A stretch of 44,839 bases of DNA from Reclinomonas americana ATCC 50394. Its lineage: Eukaryota. Each line of letters starts with the position of its first letter. Within the stretch, counting starts at the first letter, position 1. This document shows positions 25,899 through 38,148 of the stretch, in pieces. The notes beneath the pieces are model-generated. The model was not told the origin of the DNA, did not search any database, and saw nothing but the letters and a program-made list of their open reading frames with translations. The stretch spans positions 71,835 through 116,673 of the forward strand of contig PS015257.1 of the NCBI GenBank assembly GCA_048213135.1. The letters run 5' to 3'. The translations under genes and the position numbers were made by a program.

Positions 25899-27818
25899 NN
25901 NNNNNNNNNNNNNNNNNNNNNNNNNNNNNNNNNNNNNNNNNNNNNNNNNNNNNNNNNNNNNNNNNNNNNNNNNNNNNNNNNNNNNNNNNNNNNNNNNNNN
26001 NNNNNNNNNNNNNNNNNNNNNNNNNNNNNNNNNNNNNNNNNNNNNNNAGAGAGAGAGTAAGAAGGCACGTGCGCCTTAAGATCAGAGAGACCAGAGACAA
26101 GGAGGTCATAAGGCAAGAAGGAAGAGAGGGCGAGAAGGGAACTGATGCAAGCAGACGAGCGAGAGTTGTGATCGGAAGAGAGAATAGTCAAGGCTGAAGG
26201 CTGGAAGGAAAGCACGTGCGACAAGACGACGAAAGACTTGCACTGGTGCAAGCCGATTAGACTGAAGACTGAGGGACCAGAGACGAGGTACAGAAAGCAG
26301 ATGCGAGTTGAGTTCGAGAGGAGACGAGACAAGAAGCAACTTGCACTGGTGCAAGCAGAATGATGAAGGCGAGGGATCGGAGTCAAGGCTGGGATCAATG
26401 CAGTAAGGTCGGCGAGAAGAGAGTGTGAAGGAAGGATGCTAGTTGAGAGCAAGGCAAGCAGGAGAATGAAGCGATGGGGAAGTGTAATCGGAGAGAGAAG
26501 ACAAATACAGGCAGTCGTTTCCTGTCTCTCTTACTGTTCCCCTGTTGACGATTCTCTTTTCTTGCTTCACAGCCCGGCGATCTACAGCGCAACGCCGACC
26601 TGGGACGACTATGTAGCTCGTGCACGCACGCAGGCGCCGTCGTTTGAGGACGTGGGAGTGGCGATTGTGTCGCATCGGTTTCAGGATACGGTGCGAGTGG
26701 CATGCCAGCAGCGCACGTTTCTGCGCGCGTTTCCGCACCACGTGGTGCTGTCGGATCGTGATGTGCCGGAGCGCGCGATTCAAAAGATCTCCGGGTGTCC
26801 GTTCCGCGCCAACAAGAGCTCGGGGCAGCGCAAGATGGAGTTTGCGCCGGTGGATTTGTGGCGGGCGTTCCCCGACAAGCGCTTCTACTTGATCTTGGAC
26901 GACGATGTGGTGCTGCAGCCAAAGGGCTTGCTACAGCTGTTGTGGGAGACCGAGAAGGCCATGATTGATGGTGAGGGAATTGAGGGAACGGGGGAAGAGG
27001 AAGAGAAGGGACTGAGACACTAGAGGTGAAGAGAAAAGAGTGGCAGAGGTCTGTCTGTGCAGTGACACATGGCCAGCGAGTGACTCAGTGCTCTCACTCT
27101 CTCCCTTCGCTCTTTCCCCTTTCGCTTCCCCCAATCCCCCAGTTCCCGTTGCTTCACCTCTTGCTTCCGTCTGTGCTTCTCCTTTCCCGCAGTTTCTCCG
27201 TGCTCTCCTCCTTCTCATTTCCGCCTTCTCTCCTCCGTCTCGCTCGTCCCCTTCCCCTTCCCTGCCCCCCTTCCCCTCTCCCCCTTCCCCCTCTCCCCCC
27301 CTCACCCCCTTCCCCTTCCGTCATCGCAGTCGGCACCGACGTCTGGCTCTCGGGCGAACTATGGGGCGTCGTCTACGGCGGCACCTACATGTTCTCCGGC
27401 ACCGCCATGCGCGAGCTGGTGCGCCACGGCACCATTCTCTCGTGCAACTTTGACCTGGAGGACCGGCGGCGGCGTCACATTGAGTTTTATCCGGGAGTGG
27501 AGCCGCATGCGCCGTACAATGTTGCGTTTCTTTCGTGTCCCACCCTTTATGTGAGACCCTGACGATCACGTGCAGGGCGATCACATCCTGTCGTACTGCG
27601 TCGAGTCACGTCTCGGCGGCTACCTCTTCGACAACAAGGAGAGGGTGATTTACGATTTGCCGGCCACCGGCTTTGACATTTACGGTGGCGATCGGCTGCC
27701 GCGCAACGTGGTCGCCGTGCACCACATCAAGGACCTCGCCGCCATGGAGATACTGTGGAGTCAGTTCTCCGGCGAGTCTGTCTCCTGCACCGATGAGGTG
27801 ATGAAGCCGAAGAGATGA
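25421..27818 (+). CDS. Type II membrane glycosyltransferase, GT31/Fringe-like
   Basis: N-terminal TM (ALYILILIAASLLVSAAII), FPDKRFYLILDDDVVL, YGGTYMFSGTAMREL, GDHILSYCV, VAVHHIK. Introns 26972-27328 and 27521-27575; the first intron contains a gap. Confidence 0.72.
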
Positions 27819-27941
27819 GTAAATGGCAGCTTGTAGAGTCAAGGAGATTGCTCTGTTGAATGCGTAACACGGAGCTGCTGCGATTGGTTGCTGCGTCGAG
27901 TTCGCTGCTGGGTACCAATCATGGAGCGCAGATAATGTACT

Positions 27942-28013
27942 TCTCCTGTAGTCTAATGGTTAGGATATCTGCCTGTCACGCAGGTGATCCGGGTTCAATT
28001 CCCGGCGGGAGAG
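27942..28013 (+). tRNA. tRNA-Asp(GTC), copy 1
   Basis: Acceptor stem TCTCCTG/CGGGAGA, D arm GTCTAATGGTTAGGAT, anticodon arm TCTGC-CTGTCAC-GCAGG, T arm CCGGG-TTCAATT-CCCGG. Confidence 0.95.
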
Positions 28014-28681
28014 CTCTTNNNNNNNNNNNNNNNNNNNNNNNNNNNNNNNNNNNNNNNNNNNNNNNNNNNNNNNNNNNNNNNNNNNNNNNNNNNNNNNNNN
28101 NNNNNNNNNNNNNNNNNNNNNNNNNNNNNNNNNNNNNNNNNNNNNNNNNNNNNNNNNNNNNNNNNNNNNNNNNNNNNNNNNNNNNNNNNNNNNNNNNNNN
28201 NNNNNNNNNNNNNNNNNNNNNNNNNNNNNNNNNNNNNNNNNNNNNNNNNNNNNNNNNNNNNNNNNNNNNNNNNNNNNNNNNNNNNNNNNNNNNNNNNNNN
28301 NNNNNNNNNNNNNNNNNNNNNNNNNNNNNNNNNNNNNNNNNNNNNNNNNNNNNNNNNNNNNNNNNNNNNNNNNNNNNNNNNNNNNNNNNNNNNNNNNNNN
28401 NNNNNNNNNNNNNNNNNNNNNNNNNNNNNNNNNNNNNNNNNNNNNNNNNNNNNNNNNNNNNNNNNNNNNNNNNNNNNNNNNNNNNNNNNNNNNNNNNNNN
28501 NNNNNNNNNNNNNNNNNNNNNNNNNNNNNNNNNNNNNNNNNNNNNNNNNNNNNNNNNNNNNNNNNNNNNNNNNNNNNNNNNNNNNGATTGCTCTGTTGAA
28601 TGCGTAACACGGAGCTGCTGCGATTGGTTGCTGCGTCGAGTTCGCTGCTGGGTACCAATCATGGAGCGCAGATAATGTACT

Positions 28682-28753
28682 TCTCCTGTAGTCTAATGGT
28701 TAGGATATCTGCCTGTCACGCAGGTGATCCGGGTTCAATTCCCGGCGGGAGAG
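28682..28753 (+). tRNA. tRNA-Asp(GTC), copy 2
   Basis: Identical to copy 1; may be an assembly duplicate. Confidence 0.9.
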
Positions 28754-28756
28754 CTC

Positions 28757-28761
28757 TTTTT
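28757..28761 (+). terminator. Pol III oligo-T terminator
   Basis: TTTTT begins 4 nt after the tRNA discriminator base. Confidence 0.7.
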
Positions 28762-29252
28762 GTCGGAGAAATGCAGCGAGTGTTTTTGCTTCTTTTTTGA
28801 CTGTTCTTGGCTGCCACGCCTTACAGTCACAGATCTCACGCACACGAGCACAGAATGCAAGTGCAGGTCGCACTCCGAGGCGGAGTGGGGGTCAGCAATT
28901 GGCCTTGATGTCCTGTCAATGCATGTGTCGACGTCAACGGTCATGGACAAACAGGGTGTGTGGTACCACGAAGGCAGAAAACCTTGCAGTTCGAGGATGG
29001 CCAACGAAATCGCACAGTTCTTTTTTCTGTGCAACTTCACGACTCGACGTCGAGGTTGCGGGAAATATTGCCCCCGCGCCACCCCTCTTGTGAAACCACG
29101 AATGCTTCCACCAACCAGCATGTGTTAATCCACAACGGCACCCACCGCCGAGCGAAAGAATGCCTCGAAAACCAGCGTGTCCTGCCACCGTCAGTTAAGC
29201 AGCATTTGTAAAGACAGAGAGAGACGCACACGTGCTCCTCCAGCGTGCGCGC

Positions 29253-30561
29253 ATGGCCGCCGCAGCACGTGCCAACAGTCTCCGCGTGCGCCCCGCCCCT
29301 CTCTTTGAGGAGGACGACGACTGGCCCGCGCGCAGGTCCCACCGCAGTCCCTCTCACTCCTCCTCTCGCCTCGCCGACTCGCCTGCCTCCGCCTCCTCGC
29401 CCATCATCGCCGCTGCAGCAGTGGCCGCTGTAGCACAAGAGCCAGTTGGCGCGCGAGCAGCCGCTGCTGCAGCAGAGGCGGTGGCGGACGCAGAGGAGGT
29501 GCTGCGCGAGCGGGCGAGACAGATGTGGTATTTGACCATGCAGCAGGGGAGAGCGGCGTCGATGGAGTTTCTGAGCTCGTTTTGCTGCGCGGGATTGTGT
29601 CCGGTGATCGAGGTTTGCCCTCGACGAAGAGCTTTTGGTGAATGAGGCAGAGAGATTGATCCGCTGCGTGGTGCAGACGCCGAGTGATCTGTGCTTGGTG
29701 TGCTGTCGCCTGACGTGTGTTCCGTGCTGGGTGAGTCTATAGTCGCGCGTGTCCTCTATTGACGTGTATCGATTTCGTGCTTATGCATGATGAATACAGG
29801 TGTCGTATTGTTGCGAGGCTCGGCAGTTGCGTTCAAGTCTTGTTGAGCTCGGGACTTGCCCAGTCCTCGCCGACGTGTATGCTGCAGAATCCGACAGTTT
29901 CAGAACGAGGAGCGGCGTGCGCTGGCTGTGTTGGCGCACGGTGAAGAGCTTGTCATGTTGGAGATGATGCGAGTGCATCGGGAGCGTCGTTGCGTGGCCG
30001 CCCGGTGACGCGCTTCTTCCTCCCCCTTCCCACCCACTCACTGTTGCCTGCAGAGCGACATGAGGAGGCAGTGGCACTGCGACGGGAGGTGTGTGAGCGC
30101 GATCGGCCACGGGATGTGCGGCACCCGGTTCGTCGACCACTTCCCGTCCATCGCTTGTTTGTCCGCGTTTCCCGCACCTCACACTCACTCCCCTATAGCC
30201 ACCTGTGGAGTTGCTGCGTCGCTCTCCAACCGTAATCGAGGGCGCCTCGTCGTTATTTGACGACGACGACGACGACGACGGCGGCGATAAGCGACCGGTG
30301 CTGTCGCCCGTCATGTTCTCCAGTCCAAGCTACCCGCCACCACCGGCGCTGCTCGCCGCCAGTGATCCGCACTGGGGCGACAGCTGGGTGTTGCACGCGC
30401 CGACCGATGCCGACATGCAAGTGGCGCGAGCGGCTTCCGAGAGCTTCTTTGGCAAGCAGCAGCGGTCGCCGTCGTCACGCGCAACACTATCGCCTCCGCC
30501 GATGGTGCTGTTGTCGCCCCTCCCTGGCTCTGTGATGGAGACCGACGAGGAGCCAGACTGA
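29253..30561 (+). CDS. Hypothetical protein with Cys-rich (possibly Zn-binding) centre and low-complexity ends
   Basis: Six exons splice in frame: ..FCCAGLCPVIE|TPSDLCLVCCRLTCVPCW|VSYCCEARQ|IRQFQNEERR..RVHRER|QRHEEAV..RHP|PPVELLRRSP..ETDEEPD*. Two junctions use GTTGCG donors (29826, 29989). Confidence 0.6.
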
Positions 30562-31094
30562 CGAATTCGAAGGGGAGACGAATGCGACCAAGCAAGCAAT
30601 TAATTGTCTCGACCGACGATTGAGGTTGAAAAGCAGCTGTGTCTCACCGACGTGCGAAGGGAGACTGTTTACTGGCCTGCGAGCTGAAGAGCGACTGCGT
30701 CTTATGGACGGCGAAGGCAGACAGCCTGTTACTACATGCTGGTCGATTCAGGAGGCGGCGAGGTCGCCGATGAGCGAAGGCAGACAGAGTCCTCTTTGGC
30801 CCATTCAAGAAGTGGTCGAGTATGCTTGCGAGTTGAAGCGCGACAGCATCTCGCCGCTGGCCTGCCGGCCGATTTAGGAGGTGCGTTGAGTTCGCCTGTG
30901 AGTTGAAGTGCACCTGTGCCTCACCGATGATGAGCGCAGACAACTGCAGCTGCTCAATCAACCGCTGCGTGTGACGGCGATCGGTCGACACACTGAAGTG
31001 ACGGAGCAGAACATCGCCTCCTGTGCCAGACCAGACGGACTTGCACGACGATGGAAACGAATGAAGTTGTCCGCAAGTCCTCTTCATCATCGCA

Positions 31095-32650
31095 ATGGTG
31101 TCTGTGCGCCTTCCCCACCACCCCTCACAGCATGTCGCCGATCCGCTCTCCCTCGTCTCCGCCGACGAGCCAACAGTGCCAACATGGGAGCTGATTGTGG
31201 CCGTGCTCTCGCAGGCGAGTCTGCCTCCGCTGGACACACTGATTCGCGACCACTTCTGGCCCGACTCGTACTCCCCCTCCCGCACTCGGCCCCGCGAGCT
31301 GCAAGCACTGCGACACGTGCTGTGCGAGATGGGAGAGGAGAGTGCCAATGCACTGCGTCACTCACTGATCACGTGGGCCACACTGCTGCCGGAGCTCTTT
31401 CCGCGCGCTGTGCTGGAGGAAGGCGTGGAGTTGTCGCGATTGACGCGCGCACAGACGCGATGCTTGCTGGCCAACATGGCACTGTGCACCATCAGTGGTG
31501 ATGGTGGTGGTGGTGGCGATGGAGAGGCGCGTGTGGCGCAGAACTTTGGTGTGTGGTACGAGAGTGACGCGGAGAATCAGCCGGCGGTCGCATACATTCA
31601 GTCGCTCTTCGACTTTGTGAAGCAGTGGGATGCAGACGATGATGGTGTGGTCTCCATCAGCAGGCATTGCTCCACAGCAGAGCTGTTTGCGACGGCGGCC
31701 GCTGGCTGCAGCGCGTTTGCGACCACTGTGCGTCACGTGGTGGGCGATATGGCAGAAGAGGTGCGACGACCAAGAAGTTCGTGTCGCAGCGCTGTCGTGT
31801 TCATGTAGAGTATGTGTGGGCAGGCACGTCGGCTGGCAGACACGGCCGAGGTCGACTTTGCCAACCGGCTGGTCGGCTTTGGTGCGTCGGGCACGCAAGA
31901 GGAGCGGCTGATGGGATCCACACCGGCGGTCGGTGACCCTCGTCGTCCGCGGCATGAACGCCACCTGCTGACTCTTGTGTGCATCGGCAGCTGTGTCTGG
32001 CGGCCCTGGCGTGTGGAGCAGGCCTCGACGACGGTGAGGTGCTGCTGGTGACGGGCACGGCGGCGAGTGCGGTGCTTTCGGGATACGGCCGCACCACGGC
32101 GTTTGCAGGCCGAGTGGCCGAGCAAAGACTGCGCTCCGTCATTTGCATGGATGCGGCAGAGCTGGATGGAGGCGACGAGGGTGAGGAGGAGGACAAGATA
32201 GCCGAGCTGGTGGTGCCTGGCATGGCTGAGCGCGAGTTGGTCAAGGTGAGCTGCAAAAGGCAAAACAAGCTGGGTGGTGCAAGAAAGAAAACTGACGGCG
32301 GTCCGCAGTGCTTTGCCGGTTTCCATGCGGCTCGCCAGCACGGCACTCGGCGAGTGGTGACGGGCCATTGGGGCTGCGGTGCATTCGGCGGCAGCCACCA
32401 CTGCAAGGCCCTGATGCAGGTGCTGGCGGCCAACGCCGCCGGCATCGAGGAGCTGGTGTTTTGCGATTTCCACGCTGAGCGACAAGTCGTGCCGCGACTG
32501 GTGGCGCTGGTCGAGCGCCTCCGCGCGGCCGCGGTGCCGGTGGCCCGGGTGGTGGAGGTGCTGCAGAGTGCTGCGGTGCGGCAGCGAGCAGCCACCGATG
32601 CAACGCTGTTCGACGTGCTGGTGGACGAGCTGGCCATTGGAGAAGTGTAA
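31095..32650 (+). CDS. PARG: Poly(ADP-ribose) glycohydrolase
   Basis: LTRAQTRCLLANM, VDFANRLVGFGASGTQEE (catalytic QEE), SGYG, ICMDA, RELVKCFAGF, VTGHWGCGAFGG, KALMQVLAA; three introns. Confidence 0.9.
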
Positions 32651-33545
32651 ATAATGCAAAATGGTCGACGGCAATTGACAAAAGAACGGAGATCGAACGC
32701 AAGGAAACTACTGGTGGTACCATTCTACGTCGCTGTCGCTGTTGCCCGTCGACACCAACGGTGCTTTCGTGATCATGAATTCGAAGGTCGACCTGCAAAA
32801 TCGAGGTCCAATGAAGTTCATTTGCAGGCGATCAGGCTGAGACTCATGTAGCATAAGCACATATGTATACTTGCAGCTCCTTTTTCATTCAAGCACCATG
32901 TGCATGGACACGAGACAAGATTTTTTTTTAGTGTCCCGTCAGTCGACCAGTCAGCACCGAACACTCGTCGCGCACACGGTGAGCAACAACACCCACCACT
33001 CTCACACGCCACACCACCACTCATTGCGGGTGTGTGTGTGAGAGAGAGAGAGCTTCTTTTCTGTGCCTGTCGTCACACATCGGTGAAGTGTGTGTCTCCC
33101 ACTTTTCAACTACATACCCACTTTTGTCAATCTTCGTTCTCTCTCTCCCTCCACCGCGCGCGCTCTCCTTCAAAGCACCTCACGCGCGTGCACATAAGAG
33201 AGGGCAGCGCGCGCTTGCTACTGCTGCCCACGCAAAAAGTGTGCACGTTTTTTTTATTTACACATCACCTCACGTCGCACTCACCGTGTCACTCCTTGTT
33301 GTGTGTACACGTGGTATGCGCATGCTCACTCACAAAAACGCGAGAAATGAACAGAGAGTTAGAGAGAGTGAGTTTGGTCGGGGAAATGTCCGCGCAAAAT
33401 AGTTTGTTGTTGACTCTTTTTCTTTTGCGTGTGTTGTTGTTCCTCGCGTGCGTTCTCTCCGTGACACATGCTGCACACTCACCTTTTCTTTTGTTGTTGT
33501 TTTTGTTGCTCATTGTTGTTGTTGTGTTATAGAACGGAACAAATC

Positions 33546-34267
33546 ATGTCTGAGGGAGCATCTGGATCGGCAGCAGCGCCTGCAGCGGCGTCGGCGGCGG
33601 CGGCAGCAGCGGCCTCGACTGACCCGGCCATTGCGGCCAAGGCGGCGGCCATGCACGCGCGTGTGTCATATGAGCCGATTGATCCGGCCTCGGCGCCGCG
33701 CATTACGCTCGTGTCGCTCGAGGGCGTCGAGTTTGAGGTGGCCCGTGCCATTATCTGCGGCGTCAATGGCGAAGGCCATGCGCTGCCGATTGCCTCGCAG
33801 TTCATCATCGACATGCAGGGAGTTGCGCTGCTGATGTCGCCACCACAACTCGAATCGCCGTATTGTCTGACGTTTTCATTTGTGTGTAGGCGGAGGCCGA
33901 GGGTGATGGCTCTGAGCGCGTGGAGCTCAGCCGTGTGCACACCAAGACACTAGAGGCGGTGGTCAAGTTCATCAACCACCACGCCGTGCACCCGATGGAG
34001 GAGATCAAGCGACCACTGGAGCTGCAGTACAAGGAGTCGTTCAACTTTGACGACTCCATCTCCGAGTTTGATCGCGAGTTCGTCAACGAGCCCGCCTGCA
34101 ACATGGAGCTGCTGCTGCGCCTGATTGAGGCCGCCAACTACCTGTCGATCAGCGATCTGACCTCGCTAACGCACGCCAAGATGATGTCGCTCATCAAGAA
34201 CAAGTCCAAGGAGGAGATCCAGGCCATGTTCCGCGACCTCATGCACCTGCGCGCCGCTGGCCACTAA
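33546..34267 (+). CDS. Skp1-like protein (BTB/POZ + partial dimerisation domain)
   Basis: ITLVSLEGVEFEV, VHTKTLEAVVKFINHH, ISEFDREFV, LLRLIEAANYLSISDL..MMSLIKNKSKEEIQAMF. Intron 33822-33889; probable 5'UTR intron acceptor at 33532. Confidence 0.88.
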
Positions 34268-34528
34268 ATTGGGAACCCCCCACCCCTCGCTTTGCCAATT
34301 GCTTCTTCCTCCTCGTCTCCTGCTCTCTGTCCCGTTGCCGCCACCCTGCCCAGTACCTCGTTTTTTTGATTTTTCTATTCTCCCTCTCTTGCTGTTTTCT
34401 GAATGTTATGGTTGAAGAATGAGGTGCGTGGGTGTGTAGTAACAGTAAATGGCGAGAAGGTCGCATGTTCCTCTCCCTTCCGTTTCCTTTGCATTACGGA
34501 AATCGTGTGTCATCACAACGACTCGTCG

Positions 34529-35493
34529 TCACAGCTTGGCTCGCGGCTGCTGGCTGGAGCGTGCAGCAATGAACTTTTGCATGGCGGCGAACTGCTCCGG
34601 TCGCATCTTGGCATAGTACGCAAAGGCGCGCTCCTTTTCCAGGCGCCGACCCTCGGCCAGCGTCTTGGAGAAGCCCTCGTTCAGCACCGCCCGGTAGCCA
34701 CGCACCACCGGCTGATAATTCTCCGCAATCATGCGCGCCAGCTTCTGCGCCGTCGGCAACAGATCGTCGGCCGTCGCCACCACGCGGTTCAGCAGGCCCC
34801 ACGACAGCGCCTCCTCGGCCGACACTGGGCGCGCAGTCAACGAGATCTCGCGCGCCACGTTGGGGCCGACCACGCGCGCCAGCCGCTGCGAGAGGCCCCA
34901 CGACGGCATCAGGCCGAACTTGCAGTGCGTGTCCATGAACTTGGCCTCGGGGGCGCCAATGAGGAAGTCACACGCCAGTGCCAACTCGAAGCCTCCGGTG
35001 ATCGCGAATCCGTTGATGGCGCCAATGATCGGGAACGGGCACAGGTCCATCTCCACCAGTGGATCGTTCTCCACTGTGGCCGGAGCACCGTCCTTGGACT
35101 GCACGTGAATGTGTGTGAGACACATGCATGCAGGCTGCGGAGATTTCCTCCCGCCACTCAACTCCTTGGAAAACGGACTTGGCGGCGGTGAGGTCAATGC
35201 CCGAGGTGAAGGCGCGCCCGGCGCCCGTGAAGATGACCACCTTGACAGAGGCGTCGTTGCGCAGAGCGCGGAATGCCTCTGCCTGCATGTGTGGAGAGAG
35301 TGAGATACAGACTGGTTTCTCTACTCGTCACAGTGTGTGTGCTCACCAAGTCGCGCAGGAGGTCCAGGCTGAGGGCGTTGAGGGCATCGGGACGGTTCAT
35401 GGTCACCGTCCAGATGCCACTCTCGCTGCTGCCGGAGACCAGCACGAGGCCGGAGGCGCGAGTGTGGTCAATGCTCGACGAGGAGGAAGCCAT
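34529..35493 (-). CDS. Peroxisomal enoyl-CoA hydratase/isomerase (crotonase family), PTS1 -AKL
   Basis: TVTMNRPDALNALS, IFTGAGRAFTSGIDL, PIIGAINGFAITGGFELALACD, FMDTHCKFGLMPSWGLSQRL; ends PRAKL*; two introns. Confidence 0.92.
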
Positions 35494-35592
35494 GAGATCG
35501 ATGGGACAAGACAAGTGCGAAACGACGGACTTTTTATTCCTCCTCCTCTGCCTGCCTGCCAGCCTGTCTGGCTCTCTCCTATGCACGGGTGC

Positions 35593-37075
35593 TCATGTCC
35601 TCGCCGGTGGTGTGTAATCGGCGGCCTTTTCCAGCTTGAGCTTGGTGTACCACACGACACCGGCGGCGGCAATGATTAGGCCGGTGATACCGCGCGGGCC
35701 GAGGACAGTGCCGAAGAACACGGTGCCGATGACCAGCAGGGCCACAGTCTTGGCGTGACCAATCACTTGGTACCTGCAAGCACACGAATGAGGATCGACG
35801 AAAACTTTCATACACGAATTCGCCGTCATCGCTGCACGCAACATGAGTGCCGTCAGCTTGCCAATGACCAGCGCCGAGGTCAGGTTGACAAAGAACGCAA
35901 ACGTGCACGACAGGAAGAAGAGACCCTGTGCGCGTAGATGCGAAGAGTGAGCGCAGTCGCCCTGCAGAATCATCATCGCTCGCATGAACGAACGCACAAA
36001 CACATCCTGCGAGAGGGCGACGCCAATGAAATCGGTATTAAGCTGGCCCGACAGCAGCGTAAAGACGAGCATGATGGCGGTCTGGTAAAAGCTGAGATGC
36101 CGCAGGTAGTGGATCGAGTCCAGCTTGTACACATTCTGCGTCTGCTGCAGCTCCTGCTGACCGACCGTGGTCGACACCAGTGCCACCACGGCTCCCAACA
36201 ACCCAAGGCCCGTCACCGTAAACTCGGTGACAAAGATCAGCGCCAGTCCCACGCCGAGCAAGGCGAGCGCCACCGCTCCTTGCAGCGTCGGTCGCACATT
36301 GAGCCAGAGGAACTGCAGGAGGGCCTGAGCGGGGATGATCAGCAGCTTGGTGAACTGGTAGAACGACACGTTGGTCTTGTCCAGCGTCCAGTTCATCGAC
36401 AGCACCGACACGTCGAGCAGGAAGGCGTCGAGGGCGATCCTCCATTGCGGCACATCAATCGGTGTGTTCACGTAGAAGCCCAGTCGCTCGGCGAGAATCG
36501 CATACAGCCACGTCACCAGCAAGTGGGACAGCACGAGCACGCCGTCTGTGCATGAGTGAGTGGGATGAGTGGGATGAGGAGAAGGGGATGAGAGTGAGGC
36601 GCAACGGTAGTTCCAATCGGGCGTCATAAAGAGCAGCTTGTTGACCGACACGAGACTGATGGTGGACAGCACGTTCAGAACGGCAAACAACGCCGGGGCG
36701 TACTTGATGTATGGGCTCTCTGTGCACACGCACGCACACGTGTGAGTGATGGCGCGCAGATCCAACATGCGCGCGCGCACCGCAAAGACCAACACACGTA
36801 CCAGCCGCCGACGACGATGACGATGAGGAGTGTGAGGGCAGCAGGGAGCCGCCTGCGCCTCCACTACCACCACCACCACCACTGGAGCCCATGGGCGAGC
36901 TGCTGACAGGAGCGCCGCCTCCTGCAGTGGGAGCACTGCCAATCAGCGCGCCCATTCGTCGCAGCTCCTCGCCGCCACCATGTGCGTCCGGCACGTCGTC
37001 GTCATCGTCGCGCGAACGTGTCAGTGGTATGCGAGCCGCGGCATCGTCGCTGTTGCCTCTTCCCGGGCCACGCAT
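35593..37075 (-). CDS. SLC35/TPT-family nucleotide-sugar or sugar-phosphate transporter (SLC35E3-like)
   Basis: NVLSTISLVSVNKLLF, MNWTLDKTNVSFYQFTKLLIIP, AFFVNLTSALVIGKLTALMYQVIGHAKTV; about 10 hydrophobic segments; four introns. Confidence 0.85.
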
Positions 37076-38148
37076 TGTTGTTGTTGTCGAGCGCAATTTC
37101 GTTGTGCGACGAAACGGTCGATGGTTGTCGGATTTTGCATGTTGGCACTGTCGGGGCGCAGGAGAGGGTAGGGTGGGTTGACAAAAGGCGAATGAGGAGA
37201 AGGGGTGGAGGAAGGGCTCGAGTGATTTGGTGCGAAAAAAATCGAATTCGAAAAACTGGTTCGATATCGCGCGCGGGTTCGAATTGTCGTGCGGTCCCTG
37301 TTTCTCTCGAGGGGAACCCGTGGGCTAAAATCCTGGATATCCTTTGCTCATTCTTGATGATTCTGAGAATGCCGGCAAGCCGTCTTGGCTGGGAATCAGC
37401 GTATCGGATCTGGAACGCTTTGCGCATGCCATGTCTGCATTCGAGCCCTATGATCTTAGGGCACGAGAAGTGGCGTGCATCCAAGAAGGGGTTGAGAAAA
37501 GCTGCAGCCGTGGAAGGCGATTCAGCTGCTCGATATCAGCAAGCGCTCGCCGTTTCCAAGCTCGAGAGTGCGTAGGGCCATTTTCCTGCATGGCTGTGTG
37601 CATTCAAGCCCTAATTCCTCATGCCATGGGCACTGGCATTCACTCTTGACGGTTCGGAGAAAGCCGGCGCCGGCAAGGGTCCGCGCACTTCTCGCACCGA
37701 CAATTCGATATCCGCAAGCCGTTTCCAATTGCACGAAGACGGCGAGCTGTGTGCCCTTCCGCTATTGATTCGTGCATTCGAGCTATCCACTTACACGCCA
37801 TGGCCAGTGGTTTCCTTGCCAAAAACTCGAGCTCTTCGGTTTCGAATTCGAACTCAGCTTTTCGAAATCGAATTCGAATTCTCTTCTCCTTTTTCTCGTG
37901 TCACGCATGCCTCCGTTTTCTGGAACTGCATGATCACCGTGCAGATCTGGTACTCGACTAGTGCAGCACGCCCTTCTCTCCAAGGCTCCCTGACAAGCAA
38001 GCACCTCGCAAGTCGACATCGACTTGCTGCATCAGCCACGCGCGAAACGCATTTTCATTTCGCCAACCAAAAAACTTTTTCTCTTTCACGCGCGTAGTCC
38101 CTCTTCTTCTCACCCCCCCAACCCTCACCAATCGAACTGCGCGTGTGA

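Noticed and set aside
26237-26357. Palindrome CTTGCACTGGTGCAAG present twice
   Set aside because: Lies in a degenerate intronic repeat next to a gap, with no further structure.
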